This document shows positions 47,399 through 56,614 of a DNA stretch of 64,000 bases, one piece after another (the stretch's first letter is position 1; each line of letters begins with the position of its first letter). The stretch is from Candidatus Melainabacteria bacterium 17Bon1m (GTDB lineage: Bacteria; Cyanobacteriota; Vampirovibrionia; Obscuribacterales; Obscuribacteraceae). The position numbers and the translations under genes were made by a program. The stretch covers positions 984,974 to 1,048,973 of the forward strand of contig JAVLKG010000003.1 in NCBI GenBank assembly GCA_032128875.1, written 5' to 3'. The notes under the pieces were generated by a model that saw nothing but the letters and a program-made list of their open reading frames with translations, was not told where the DNA came from and ran no database searches.

Positions 47399-47414
47399 CT
47401 CATTTGGGGTAGCG

Positions 47415-47888
47415 ATGGCTATATCTAATCAAGGCCTCAATTTCATCAAGAATTGGGAAGGCTGCAAACTCAAAACCTATATTTGCGCCGCCGGCAAACC
47501 GACCATTGGGATCGGTCACGTTCTATTGCCTGGCGAAGATAAGAAATTCAAAGACGGGATCACGGAAGAATTCGCTGAACAGATGTTTCTTTCTGACGTG
47601 AAACCACGTGAAGCGTCGATCAGATCGGTGGTCAGGGTTCCTTTGAATCAGCGGCAGTATGACGCAATTGTCAGTTTCGTTTTTAACATCGGCGTCCAAG
47701 CATTCAAGACCTCGACTTTCTTGAAGCGATTGAACGAAAGGCGATTTATCGAAGCATCGAATGAATTGCTCCGCTGGTGTAAGGACGACAACGGCAAGGT
47801 CATCAAAGGCGTCCTAAATCGGCGCGAAGCAGAGCGCAAATTATTCCTTTCAAAACAAACCGACAAAGTGGAGTTTTATCATGTTTAA
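47415..47888 (+). CDS. Endolysin, GH24 lysozyme
   Basis: IKNWEG..L..Y.C.AG..TIGIGH, LNQRQYDAIVSFVFNIG, GVLNRREAE. Confidence 0.93.
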   Translation: MAISNQGLNFIKNWEGCKLKTYICAAGKPTIGIGHVLLPGEDKKFKDGITEEFAEQMFLSDVKPREASIRSVVRVPLNQRQYDAIVSFVFNIGVQAFKTSTFLKRLNERRFIEASNELLRWCKDDNGKVIKGVLNRREAERKLFLSKQTDKVEFYHV

Positions 47889-48210
47889 GATTTTCAAAAA
47901 GGCTGGCGAAGTAGCAGACAAAGTTAAAACCGGTATCAGCGTATTACAACGCTTTCTGAAGGCGTTTGAGGCGATCAAATCTGATATCGACGGTGATGGT
48001 AAGCCGGAGTATCAAAACATCGCTGAGAGCGTCGATGAGCTGAAGAAGCTCGCCACTGAACGAATGCTGAAGCACAAAGATCTTTTGATCGAAGACGGCA
48101 AAGCCGGCGCTGTGATCTTGAAAGATATCCTTCATCGAATGGAAGCTTTGGCTAAAGAAGTTCAGGAATCCGCTTTGGCTAAAGCCGCTGATCAGGAGCC
48201 GGTCGCATGA
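47881..48210 (+). CDS. Hypothetical protein in lysis cassette
   Basis: 109 aa, DIDGDGKPE loop. Confidence 0.55.
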   Translation: MFKIFKKAGEVADKVKTGISVLQRFLKAFEAIKSDIDGDGKPEYQNIAESVDELKKLATERMLKHKDLLIEDGKAGAVILKDILHRMEALAKEVQESALAKAADQEPVA

Positions 48211-48303
48211 TTGTTCTAGAAGCCAATCTAATGTGGTTTTTATCTGGTTCGTTGGTCTTGTTGCTCAGCGGATGTCTTGGTTATCTCTTAACGGTGAGCA
48301 CAC

Positions 48304-48600
48304 ATGACCCCCAGTCTACCCCTTTCAAATTCTGAAGACGATTTGGATCAATGCGAATTGATTGCTGAGGCGCAAGCCAAGGCAATTGTGATCATGGCTG
48401 AAGGCAAAGCCAAAGGGCTTACCTATATGTGCTTGTCTGTTCCAATCCTGATCGGATTAATGCTCTGTCTGCAAACTTTTGCGGCAGCTAATCATGTCAC
48501 TTTGGATATTGATAAACAGATTCCATTGATGCTGGTTGGCGTCGTGCCGGCGGTCCTGGTCGTTTCCTTCAAAGGGAAGAACGGGAACGGCAAATCATGA
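48304..48600 (+). CDS. Holin candidate (2 TM)
   Basis: Two hydrophobic segments and a basic C-terminus, downstream of lysin. Confidence 0.45.
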   Translation: MTPSLPLSNSEDDLDQCELIAEAQAKAIVIMAEGKAKGLTYMCLSVPILIGLMLCLQTFAAANHVTLDIDKQIPLMLVGVVPAVLVVSFKGKNGNGKS

Positions 48601-48725
48601 GCCTTGGTCATTCTTGGATCAATAACGATTACTGCCGATACTGCAAGACCTGGCAGAATTGGGATGACAGGGACGCAGGCTATAACATGAAAGAGCCGTG
48701 CCCTAAGAATCCGAGCTCAATCAGT

Positions 48726-49277
48726 TTAAGCCGCAACGGATACGGACCTGAACTTGCTCTTCGGGACAATGATCGTCTTGAACGGCTGGACATTCCAACA
48801 ATGCCAGGCGCAAGTAACTGAATCGGTCTTACCATCACCGGTGAAACTGATTCTAGGCAAAACGATCAATCCATCGGGCGGATGACTCGCAAGCCAATCG
48901 CCGCGTTCTTCTGTTGGCTCCATAAAGGACATGCGAAGCAGAAGCGCCAATGGCGTGTTGTGTGAATACAAATTTTTCAGAATTGGGAAGGCGACCAGGA
49001 ATGGTGGATTGGTTCCAATTGCCAGATTGCCTGGAGCCACATAGCTTGGCGAGCAATCATCAAATTTAGCGGATCGAGCGTCAGCATAGAAATTACATGG
49101 CATATCTGGATCGATATCCGAAGTAATTACTTTATGCTCTCGCTCAAAAACTCGGGCGATATCGCCTTGTCCGGCGCATGGCTCCCAAATTATTTTGTCT
49201 GAAAACTCAGGAACATGCTCCAGCAAGAACTCTGTTGCTCGTCTCGGTGTTGGGTAAAAGTCGTTCCTTCTTCTCAT
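48726..49277 (-). CDS. DNA N6-adenine methyltransferase (orphan)
   Basis: DFYPTP, WEPCAGQG, TNPPF. Confidence 0.85.
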   Translation of the reverse strand: MRRRNDFYPTPRRATEFLLEHVPEFSDKIIWEPCAGQGDIARVFEREHKVITSDIDPDMPCNFYADARSAKFDDCSPSYVAPGNLAIGTNPPFLVAFPILKNLYSHNTPLALLLRMSFMEPTEERGDWLASHPPDGLIVLPRISFTGDGKTDSVTCAWHCWNVQPFKTIIVPKSKFRSVSVAA

Positions 49278-50043
49278 TTGCCAATTCCTTTTCGACTAAT
49301 TGTCCTAGCTTGATCGGATTATTTTCTTCAGTTGATTCATAAACTTTATGGGCGTGGCTGCCAGGTCTGGCATATCTCCAGACGCCTTTCTTGTCCTGCC
49401 AAAATCGGCGCTGTCTGCGCTTGAATCCATAATGTGTATTTCTGCCATTACCTCGGAAGCTAGATTCAAGCTCTTTTCTCAATTGAGGACTGATTGAATC
49501 AAGCAAATTTTTACGGGCGCCTTCAAGCATCTTGCCGCCAGTTACTTGATATCCGTAACCAATGATCCAGCACACTTCCTGCCTGGTGCAACCCATCATC
49601 AGAAGCATGATCATTGCATTCTGTTTCGGAGTGAGATCTTTCAATTCCTTGAAGAAATGCCGCGCTATTTGACGCCGGTAAACTAATTCTTCAGCTTCTT
49701 CTCTGTCTCGGTTATTCCAGCACAAAGGTTCCGGAAACCACTGATAATCATGCGGGCAATTACTATCTTGAACTGAGCCAGTGACAGAATCGACGTACTT
49801 GTATTGATTGAAATATTTTGCATATACTTGATGCCGTCTCGATATGTCGATCGCGCGGAAGGTAGTGATTTTATAGATTAGAGCGCGAATATTGTCTTCA
49901 GATTTACCTGTGAAATCTATCTGAAGAATCGCTTCCAATGCGTCTTGAATCGCATCTTCTCGATCTTCTTTTGATCTTAGCCAACGCGTCGCGTTCACGC
50001 AGATCGGCAAGACTGCGCGAAGCGGAAATGGTGTTTCCGGCAT
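49207..50043 (-). CDS. Sigma-70/ECF-like factor
   Basis: EDAIQDA...IYKITTFRAIDISRR (region 2); LTPKQ...GCTRQEV (region 4). Confidence 0.72.
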   Translation of the reverse strand: MPETPFPLRAVLPICVNATRWLRSKEDREDAIQDALEAILQIDFTGKSEDNIRALIYKITTFRAIDISRRHQVYAKYFNQYKYVDSVTGSVQDSNCPHDYQWFPEPLCWNNRDREEAEELVYRRQIARHFFKELKDLTPKQNAMIMLLMMGCTRQEVCWIIGYGYQVTGGKMLEGARKNLLDSISPQLRKELESSFRGNGRNTHYGFKRRQRRFWQDKKGVWRYARPGSHAHKVYESTEENNPIKLGQLVEKELANEKKERLLPNTETSNRVLAGACS

Positions 50044-50066
50044 TCCTCTATTTATCCTTGATTGAT

Positions 50067-50345
50067 TTAGTTGCCAGCTAATTTTCGATACTCAGAACTT
50101 CGTTGATACTCGATTTCAACAACAGCCGGCGCTTTGCCGTCACAATTTTTATGCAGCTTTCCAAACGATTTTAGAAATGGAAGAACCATATCCAAAGGCA
50201 TGGAAGGAATGTCTTGGCGCTGATTGCATCTCGTGCATTGCATCATTTTGAAATCAGTTACGACGTGTTGGGGCAAATTTTTCGAAGCGGTCATGATTAA
50301 GCTCCTGTAGCCATGGCCTGATAAACATCTGGCCAATGCTGGCAA
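50067..50345 (-). CDS. Small Zn-binding hypothetical protein
   Basis: CTRC ... HKNC. Confidence 0.5.
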   Translation of the reverse strand: MPALARCLSGHGYRSLIMTASKNLPQHVVTDFKMMQCTRCNQRQDIPSMPLDMVLPFLKSFGKLHKNCDGKAPAVVEIEYQRSSEYRKLAGN

Positions 50346-50728
50346 AGATGTTGAAACTCTTTCTCTGATTGAATGATGTAAACCGGCTTGCCCAGCTTCT
50401 TCGCTTTGCGAATGGTGTCAACCGTTCCGCCGCTGAAACCGTTCCAAAATGCGATTACAACATAGGAGTTTTGAACGATTTGCGTGTTCCGTGCATGAGC
50501 CGCTTTCGTAAACTCAATTCGTGACAGCCCTTTGCCTTCAATCGGGAAGATCTTCTTATTAAGCCCGCGTTCATCAGCTTCTTCTTCCGCCCAAACATCG
50601 GGACCGCCTCCAGGCGATCTGCCGCTGACTAAGCAATCATCATTGTTGAACAATCCAACAACGGTTTTAACCCATCGCTTCGCGTCTTTGTGTAGATCTG
50701 ATCGACTGCCTACAATTGCAATATTCAT
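50297..50728 (-). CDS. SLOG-superfamily (YspA/DprA-like) protein
   Basis: IAIVGSR, VSG..PGGGPD, ARNTQIV, AFWNG.SGGT..TI..A. Confidence 0.82.
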   Translation of the reverse strand: MNIAIVGSRSDLHKDAKRWVKTVVGLFNNDDCLVSGRSPGGGPDVWAEEEADERGLNKKIFPIEGKGLSRIEFTKAAHARNTQIVQNSYVVIAFWNGFSGGTVDTIRKAKKLGKPVYIIQSEKEFQHLCQHWPDVYQAMATGA

Positions 50729-50919
50729 GTCAATTCCTCACGTCCGATAAGAGTCTTTATGTTTCACTAGAGCGGTATTGCCGCAATGCAATCGGGGCAC
50801 AGAAGAGGTTCGTCAAGCCCTTGCGGTGCGACCATATCCTCAAGCTCGCACCATTCGCCGCAATCACACTTGCAAGGCATTTCCATATGGTCCGGATCTT
50901 TACAGCTCATCGCTTCCTT

Positions 50920-51171
50920 CTATGTTCTATTGCTATCTTGAATCGCCTGCTCTACCCACTTGTCGAGATCGGCTGCAAGCTCTGGGTATTCTTCACGACA
51001 GGCATTTGCATACGCTTGCATTCCAGCAACCGCAAACTTGTCGTGCTTTGGGTCAAGTACAAAATACTCGCAGTTTTCATGTTTTCCGGTCGGGTCTTTG
51101 AGTCTATGAACCTTTCCGTCAACTGTTATATATTTGTGATAAAGTCCACGCTCTCTGTCTGTGTCGCTCAT
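50920..51171 (-). CDS. Conserved small phage protein
   Basis: GLYHKY ... CEYFVLD..HD..A...AYA..C...YPELAADL. Confidence 0.65.
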   Translation of the reverse strand: MSDTDRERGLYHKYITVDGKVHRLKDPTGKHENCEYFVLDPKHDKFAVAGMQAYANACREEYPELAADLDKWVEQAIQDSNRT

Positions 51172-51182
51172 TGTCTTTCCTC

Positions 51183-51449
51183 CTATACTTCAAAGCTTAG
51201 AATTGTTCTTTTGCCTCTGGGCTTCCATCGGTAGCCGCAAACGCAATGCGCTTCACATGTTCCGGCGGGATATAAATCAGAATTGTGTGCAAAGACAATT
51301 AGCTCGCCGCCTTTGACTTCGTAAAGTGATTCCGCAAAAATATGCTCACTTATCGATCCATTGAAGGGTTGCTTTCTACACGAAGGACACCTGAGTCTTA
51401 CAGGGAACTTCCTGTCTGTTCTGCTGTAGCTGGGTTCCCAATGCATCAC
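51183..51449 (-). CDS. Zn-ribbon protein
   Basis: CPSC ... CVCGYRW. Confidence 0.5.
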   Translation of the reverse strand: MMHWEPSYSRTDRKFPVRLRCPSCRKQPFNGSISEHIFAESLYEVKGGELIVFAHNSDLYPAGTCEAHCVCGYRWKPRGKRTILSFEV

Positions 51450-51471
51450 GCTTCACCTCCGATAACGTAGA

Positions 51472-51963
51472 TTATGTTTTATTGATGCCTTCCAGGGCTT
51501 CATTCGCGATGTTGAAGACTTCGCTTGCATACAGCGTTTTCTGCTTCTGACCCTTGCTGATGATTCGTCTGAGCCGGTGTTCGTAATATCGCTGATCTTC
51601 TTCTCTCCACTTCTCGCGCTCTTTGACCGCGGCTTGCAGCTCACGCACGGTGTTGACGTTGACCAATTTCCCTCGAATCGAAGTTGAAACTGGCGGATGA
51701 CCAAGCAATCGCGTGACGATCCGAACGAGACGATCATGGAATTTTAAACAGCGTTCGTCATTGCCACCAAAGTGGCGGTCATACCATTTGCTCTCGAAGA
51801 TCTGAAGCTGTGAATCCCAGATCAGGCATTCGTTATCAGCGCCGTAATACTTGCCCATCGGGTAGCGATAGGCTGATGAGATGCAGAGCTTATTCGGTCC
51901 GTCATGCTCAAAAAAACAATCGTGCCTTAACGGGCCGCTTTCAAATCGATCTTCGTCGCTCAT
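51472..51963 (-). CDS. Hypothetical phage protein
   Basis: 163-aa coupled ORF. Confidence 0.55.
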   Translation of the reverse strand: MSDEDRFESGPLRHDCFFEHDGPNKLCISSAYRYPMGKYYGADNECLIWDSQLQIFESKWYDRHFGGNDERCLKFHDRLVRIVTRLLGHPPVSTSIRGKLVNVNTVRELQAAVKEREKWREEDQRYYEHRLRRIISKGQKQKTLYASEVFNIANEALEGINKT

Positions 51964-52226
51964 GCTTTCATCTCCAAAGCTTCTTCAAAGTTCTTCTGTC
52001 TTGCGTCATATGCCTGAATAGCTTTGATGCAGCAAGCGGCAAGTTGAACTAATTCGACTCGATAATTCTCTGAATCTCGATCATTGAATGCCTGACAGGC
52101 TTCGCCAAATTCTTCACCAATTACGATCAATAGGGTAGATTCGGGGTGAGCATCGTCACCCCATTTCTTGATCTGGCGCTCTCTTTCTTCGCGAACTTCC
52201 TGACAGATTTTGTCAAAGTCATTCAT
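51960..52226 (-). CDS. MazG-like nucleotide pyrophosphohydrolase
   Basis: ERERQ..KWG ... EEFGEACQA ... ELVQLAA. Confidence 0.75.
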   Translation of the reverse strand: MNDFDKICQEVREERERQIKKWGDDAHPESTLLIVIGEEFGEACQAFNDRDSENYRVELVQLAACCIKAIQAYDARQKNFEEALEMKA

Positions 52227-52462
52227 TATTCTGGCTCCACTACCTTGGCTGAACCGTCTTCCGTATCCAATTCAACGGTCAGATATTCGCCATATTCAAA
52301 CCAGTGACCAACTTTGTTTTTGAATGACGCAATGCGCGCATCTAGCAGGGCTTCGCGCTCATCCTCGTCAAGCCCTTCAATTTGGGCCAGCGATTCTTCC
52401 GCGGCTTCTTTGACTGCATCGTCAAAAGTATCCGGATCCTTCATCGTGACTCTGAATTTCAT
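52226..52462 (-). CDS. Hypothetical phage protein
   Basis: MKFRVTMKDPD ... WFEYGEYLTVELDT. Confidence 0.65.
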   Translation of the reverse strand: MKFRVTMKDPDTFDDAVKEAAEESLAQIEGLDEDEREALLDARIASFKNKVGHWFEYGEYLTVELDTEDGSAKVVEPE

Positions 52463-52767
52463 TCGTTCCGTTCTCCCTTTTGATCAAGTGCATCACTGAC
52501 AGGATCGAATCCTGAAAGAATTCCATTTGGAAACAATTCCTCAAGCTTGGCAATGAAATCTTGATCTTGGCTCTTGATCTCAAAACACTTGTCGCCAATC
52601 TCAACTTCAACTTCAGAATACTTGCCTAAGATGTCGGAATAGTAGGCACTCAAGCCCTGCGCCTCATCCCAATCCTCTTTGGTGGTGATGAATAGAGCGC
52701 TCAAATCACCCATGCGCCCGAAGTCTTCCCAATATTGAATCAATAGTTTCATTCCAAGGAGTGCCAT
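52459..52767 (-). CDS. Hypothetical phage protein
   Basis: DFGRMG.L ... ILGKYSEV motif; coupled. Confidence 0.65.
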   Translation of the reverse strand: MALLGMKLLIQYWEDFGRMGDLSALFITTKEDWDEAQGLSAYYSDILGKYSEVEVEIGDKCFEIKSQDQDFIAKLEELFPNGILSGFDPVSDALDQKGERNE

Positions 52768-53061
52768 CTATTCTTCCTCCAAGGTTGCCATCACTTCTCT
52801 TTCTGACAGAATCAAATAATCGATTCCTCTAACTTTGACTTCCATTCCTGAATGTTTCGGGAACAGAACGACTTGATCGACTTTGATCAAGACAGGTTGG
52901 ATCGATCCATCTTCCATCCGTCGACCAGGACCGACCGCCAGAACCTTACCCTGCTGCGGCTTCTCTTTCCCTTGATCCGGTAGAAAAATGCCGCCTGGTG
53001 TCATTTCTAGAATGTCGGATTTCTTGATGACGATTCGATCTTGTGTTGGAATTACTTTCAA
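52768..53061 (-). CDS. groES: Phage-encoded co-chaperonin GroES
   Basis: PTQDRIVI, TPGGIFLPD..KEKPQQGKVLAVGPG, YLILSERE. Confidence 0.93.
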   Translation of the reverse strand: MKVIPTQDRIVIKKSDILEMTPGGIFLPDQGKEKPQQGKVLAVGPGRRMEDGSIQPVLIKVDQVVLFPKHSGMEVKVRGIDYLILSEREVMATLEEE

Positions 53062-54406
53062 TTTTTACTGCCTCTTTGTTGAGAAACCGCGTTCTAGCTG
53101 CATCGAAACGGAGGACAGCGGTTCCAATCCGACCATTCCGATTTTTGGCGATGATGATTTCCGCATCGCCTTTATTGCTTGTGTAAGGGTTGTAATAATC
53201 ATCTCGATATATGAACATCACCACATCGCTATCTTGTTCGATGGATCCGCTTTCGCGAAGATCTGACAGCATTGGCCGTTTGTTCTGCCGCATTTCAACG
53301 GCTCGACTTAATTGGGAAAGTGCCAAGATTGGGACATTCAAAAGCATCGCCAATAACTTCAGCCCGCGAGTTATGGAGCTCACTTCCTGCGTTCTATTCG
53401 GATCACCTTTCTGATATTGGCTGCTACCTTTCATCAATTGGATGTAATCGACAATCAACATATCCAGCTTGCCAAGCCTGGCTTTGAGCCGCTTCGCTTT
53501 GGAGCTGATATCAGCAACAGTCGCTTCAGTCGCATCGCAGATATATAAATTCGAATGTCCTAATTCGGCAACCACTTCAGTAAGCAAAGTCCAATCATCA
53601 TCTTGAAGCGTTCCGCGCGCCAATGCGTCGCCTTCAATTCCGCTATCAGCGCTGATCATTCTTCGGACTAATTTCTTGGCATTCATCTCGAGACTGAACG
53701 CAAGCGCAATAAAATCACTAGCCCCCAAATGCTGTCCAATCTGGAGAGCTAAAGATGTTTTGCCCATCGCCGGTCGCGCGGCTAGAGTGACAAGATCCCC
53801 GGGCTGAAAACCATTCAAAAAATCATCGACCGCCGGGAAGCCACTGGGCAAGCCCGGAAGCTGCTTAGAATCATATTGATTCACCAGATCTTCATAGACT
53901 CCCGGAACGATTGCTGAAACCGGCCGCGGATCATCAGAAGTGTTGACTGATTCAATTTCTGATAGAACCCTTGCAGCTTCCGCAAGTAATTCAGGAACAT
54001 CTTCAGATGAGGATTCCAGCGCCTTACTGGCTGTAATTGTGCAAAACCTGACCAGTGATCGAGCAGTCGCCAACTGAATGATACGCTCTGCATAGTATTC
54101 CAAGTTTGCAGAAGTACCACAGGACAGCGCCAAATCAGTGATATACAGCCTGCCGCCGACCTTATCCAGAAGCCCCTTATCTTTCAATCGTTCACTGACA
54201 GCAACAAGATCGGCATTAATGCCCTCTTTGTTTAGATCAAGAATCACCGAATAGATTTCTTCATGACCCTTTCTATAGAAATGGCTCGGTTTCAATTTGT
54301 CATTGACGCGATATGTCGAATTGCCATCGACGATCAAACGCCCCAATACTGCCTGTTCAGCCTCTATTGATAGCGGCTGCTGTGATTCTTCAAGAAGCAA
54401 ACTCAC
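52946..54406 (-). CDS. dnaB: Replicative DNA helicase
   Basis: EAEQAVLG, AARPAMGKT, FSLEM, VDYIQL, LSQLSR, LRESGSIEQDSD, KNRNG. Confidence 0.96.
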   Translation of the reverse strand: MSLLLEESQQPLSIEAEQAVLGRLIVDGNSTYRVNDKLKPSHFYRKGHEEIYSVILDLNKEGINADLVAVSERLKDKGLLDKVGGRLYITDLALSCGTSANLEYYAERIIQLATARSLVRFCTITASKALESSSEDVPELLAEAARVLSEIESVNTSDDPRPVSAIVPGVYEDLVNQYDSKQLPGLPSGFPAVDDFLNGFQPGDLVTLAARPAMGKTSLALQIGQHLGASDFIALAFSLEMNAKKLVRRMISADSGIEGDALARGTLQDDDWTLLTEVVAELGHSNLYICDATEATVADISSKAKRLKARLGKLDMLIVDYIQLMKGSSQYQKGDPNRTQEVSSITRGLKLLAMLLNVPILALSQLSRAVEMRQNKRPMLSDLRESGSIEQDSDVVMFIYRDDYYNPYTSNKGDAEIIIAKNRNGRIGTAVLRFDAARTRFLNKEAVKIESNSNTRSNRHQEIRHSRNDTRRHFSTGSREREAAAG

Positions 54407-54822
54407 TAAGCTGGTTTCCTATGCTTGTTAACTCTTTCGAAATGATCCAAAGTCGAAACAACGACTTCATCTGAACCTAGAATGATTGGAAGACCCGAAT
54501 CTAATTGATCAATCTGCCGGCGGGCTGCCAGCCAAATTCCCTGAGCCTTAAAGACTAAGAGCGGGACTTTCCCTGACTTCATCGCGTTTTCTGTTGTCTG
54601 ATTCCACCAGTCAAGCAATGCTTTTGTTGGTCGAAACAGCCAAAGAAGTTTGGCGACTTTTCTATGCTTAACTTCCGGCTCCCAAGGGAACCAACCTGGA
54701 CAAATAATGTCTGAACCAGCCAATCCCATTGATCGACGCTCAAACCGGTCTTGCCACCACTCAACCCAACGGCTCACTATGTCACGCTCCCCCGCGTTAC
54801 CTTTCTTGCGACCGTTGACCAT
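54406..54822 (-). CDS. Holliday-junction resolvase-like PD-(D/E)xK nuclease
   Basis: NGRKKG..GER, SDI, EVK, WWNQ, PLLVFK. Confidence 0.75.
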   Translation of the reverse strand: MVNGRKKGNAGERDIVSRWVEWWQDRFERRSMGLAGSDIICPGWFPWEPEVKHRKVAKLLWLFRPTKALLDWWNQTTENAMKSGKVPLLVFKAQGIWLAARRQIDQLDSGLPIILGSDEVVVSTLDHFERVNKHRKPA

Positions 54823-54829
54823 TTCCTAC

Positions 54830-55186
54830 CTATTTCCTATTGAACTGATTGTTTGTTGCGTTCCAAAGATTTGCCATCCCCGAGATGAAGCCAAGCCCGC
54901 CGTTGTATGGCTCGACCCGCTTACAAGCTACCTGCAGCTTCTGGTCAAACTTTTCCCAGAGCCATTTGATTCCTGTCTTGTCACAGACCCAGCCGCTAGA
55001 TTTCTTCGTTGTTGTCGCCACCGAAGTGGTTTCATCAGCCGATTTCTTAGCGACGGATTTGATCAAGTTGTATGGCTTGCGGACAATCGCGGTCGATTTC
55101 CACAAAATTGGATGATCTTTCCAATCAAACGCCTGCGCCGGCGCTGCCACTATCAGCGATACCATGAGAGCCAGAATTAATTTCAT
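54830..55186 (-). CDS. Secreted basic protein
   Basis: MKLILALMVSLIVAAPAQA signal peptide (ATG 55186). Confidence 0.6.
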   Translation of the reverse strand: MKLILALMVSLIVAAPAQAFDWKDHPILWKSTAIVRKPYNLIKSVAKKSADETTSVATTTKKSSGWVCDKTGIKWLWEKFDQKLQVACKRVEPYNGGLGFISGMANLWNATNNQFNRK

Positions 55187-55403
55187 GTTCCAATCCCTTG
55201 AGAGTAAAAACAGTTCTTTGCTCAACCTGCCCGGGAGCCAGCCCAACACTTGCAAGGTCCATCACTGCCTTATCTTTGGCAATTAACGCATCTTGCTTTT
55301 CTTTGGATCTAGGATCTGCTTTCTGCCAACGCTCCAAAGCTTGAAGGTAATTGACGATCAACAGATTCTTTGGCTGCCCGAACAAGTGATCTAATTCAGA
55401 CAT
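55125..55403 (-). CDS. Hypothetical phage protein
   Basis: TAATG-coupled to ERF gene. Confidence 0.55.
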   Translation of the reverse strand: MSELDHLFGQPKNLLIVNYLQALERWQKADPRSKEKQDALIAKDKAVMDLASVGLAPGQVEQRTVFTLKGLEHEINSGSHGIADSGSAGAGV

Positions 55404-56161
55404 TAGGCAAGAGTCGAAAAGATATCTAGGAATTCATCATAGATTTCCTGAGTCAATCCAATTGTGGTCGCCTTGTTATTGGCGTCCTTGCCAAATTCAA
55501 CTCCATTGAATCGGAGGCATGATTTCAGAACGTAAGCTTCCTTATGTTCAATCTCAAGGAATTTATCCGTTGGATCCATTCCAGCTTTTGACTGAAGGGG
55601 ATAAAGGATTTCCTCATGGCCTTCCTTTTTGCACAGTGCTTTCAAATCCTGCAGAAGCTTTTCATATCGCTGCTGATCTTGCGATCCGCCCGTTGTTGCT
55701 GGCTTTTGCGCTGGCGTTTTATTCTCGGGCTTCTTCGCCGGTGGCGTTTTTGCCTGCTCAATCATCGCGCCGTTTCCGTCGTCGTCCATTTCTGGAAGGA
55801 CATTCAACAGAGCGCCAACCGAGTAACGGCGAAGGTAAGTAATCCAGATACCAACCTTCTGAGGATCAGACAAATCAGGAATCTTGAATTCCGAAACAAT
55901 CTGTTCATCAGTCGGATGATGGATCAGTGTTGTTTTCAGGACTTGCGTTCCTGCTTCCAGCACTTCACCCAGTCCAAGAATTTCCAGACCTTCAGCGCTT
56001 AGCGCCGGGACTGTTGCGTTCAGAACATCATCGAGCGTCGCATACTCATTGTTATGATAAGTATTCTTCGCTGACTTCTTGATCTCTGCAAAATTTTTAC
56101 GGGCGCGCGCCAGCGCTTGTACCAGCGCGTTACCCGTCGTTTCTGATTCCTTAACTGTCAT
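55403..56161 (-). CDS. erf: ERF-family single-strand annealing protein
   Basis: KSAKN...YATLDDV, TTLIH, PQKVG..ITYLRRYS, DDDGN. Confidence 0.9.
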   Translation of the reverse strand: MTVKESETTGNALVQALARARKNFAEIKKSAKNTYHNNEYATLDDVLNATVPALSAEGLEILGLGEVLEAGTQVLKTTLIHHPTDEQIVSEFKIPDLSDPQKVGIWITYLRRYSVGALLNVLPEMDDDGNGAMIEQAKTPPAKKPENKTPAQKPATTGGSQDQQRYEKLLQDLKALCKKEGHEEILYPLQSKAGMDPTDKFLEIEHKEAYVLKSCLRFNGVEFGKDANNKATTIGLTQEIYDEFLDIFSTLA

Positions 56162-56188
56162 TCCACCACCACTTAACTAGATTTGTTC

Positions 56189-56392
56189 TTACGCTGATTG
56201 CTGACTTGGATCGTTTACTTCCATTGTCGAAACTGCCAGATGTGCCGCGCCTTGCGATTTCCTGAAGGAATCGGTATAACGTCGCAAAGCTTCACGTATC
56301 AGATCAGATCTGGTTCTGTGCTCATAATCTGCGATGAAATCGACTTCTTCAAGCATTCTGTGCGGCAATGCAATCAATACTTTCTTCGGCAT
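56189..56392 (-). CDS. CopG/RHH regulator
   Basis: KKVLIALP..MLEEVD ... RTRSDLIREALRRY. Confidence 0.85.
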   Translation of the reverse strand: MPKKVLIALPHRMLEEVDFIADYEHRTRSDLIREALRRYTDSFRKSQGAAHLAVSTMEVNDPSQQSA

Positions 56393-56422
56393 ACTCTTGT
56401 TTAACTCCTGATTTGATTCGAA

Positions 56423-56614
56423 CTAACTAACTGACTTTCTTCGAGCGAGAACTAATCGCTCTTTTAACCTTCGGTTTAGACTTCGCTCCTGATCCAGATC
56501 TCGCTTTAGCTTTGCAATTTCCAGATTTTGTCGATGAATTTCCTTTGCCAGATCCTCTTCGCTTTGAAGCGCACGTTGAAGCCACGGCTCCCAATCGGCG
56601 GGTAGTCTTACCAT
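56423..56614 (-). CDS. Small coiled-coil protein
   Basis: GAGG RBS; heptads; overlaps the tail of 56427-56924. Confidence 0.5.
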   Translation of the reverse strand: MVRLPADWEPWLQRALQSEEDLAKEIHRQNLEIAKLKRDLDQERSLNRRLKERLVLARRKSVS

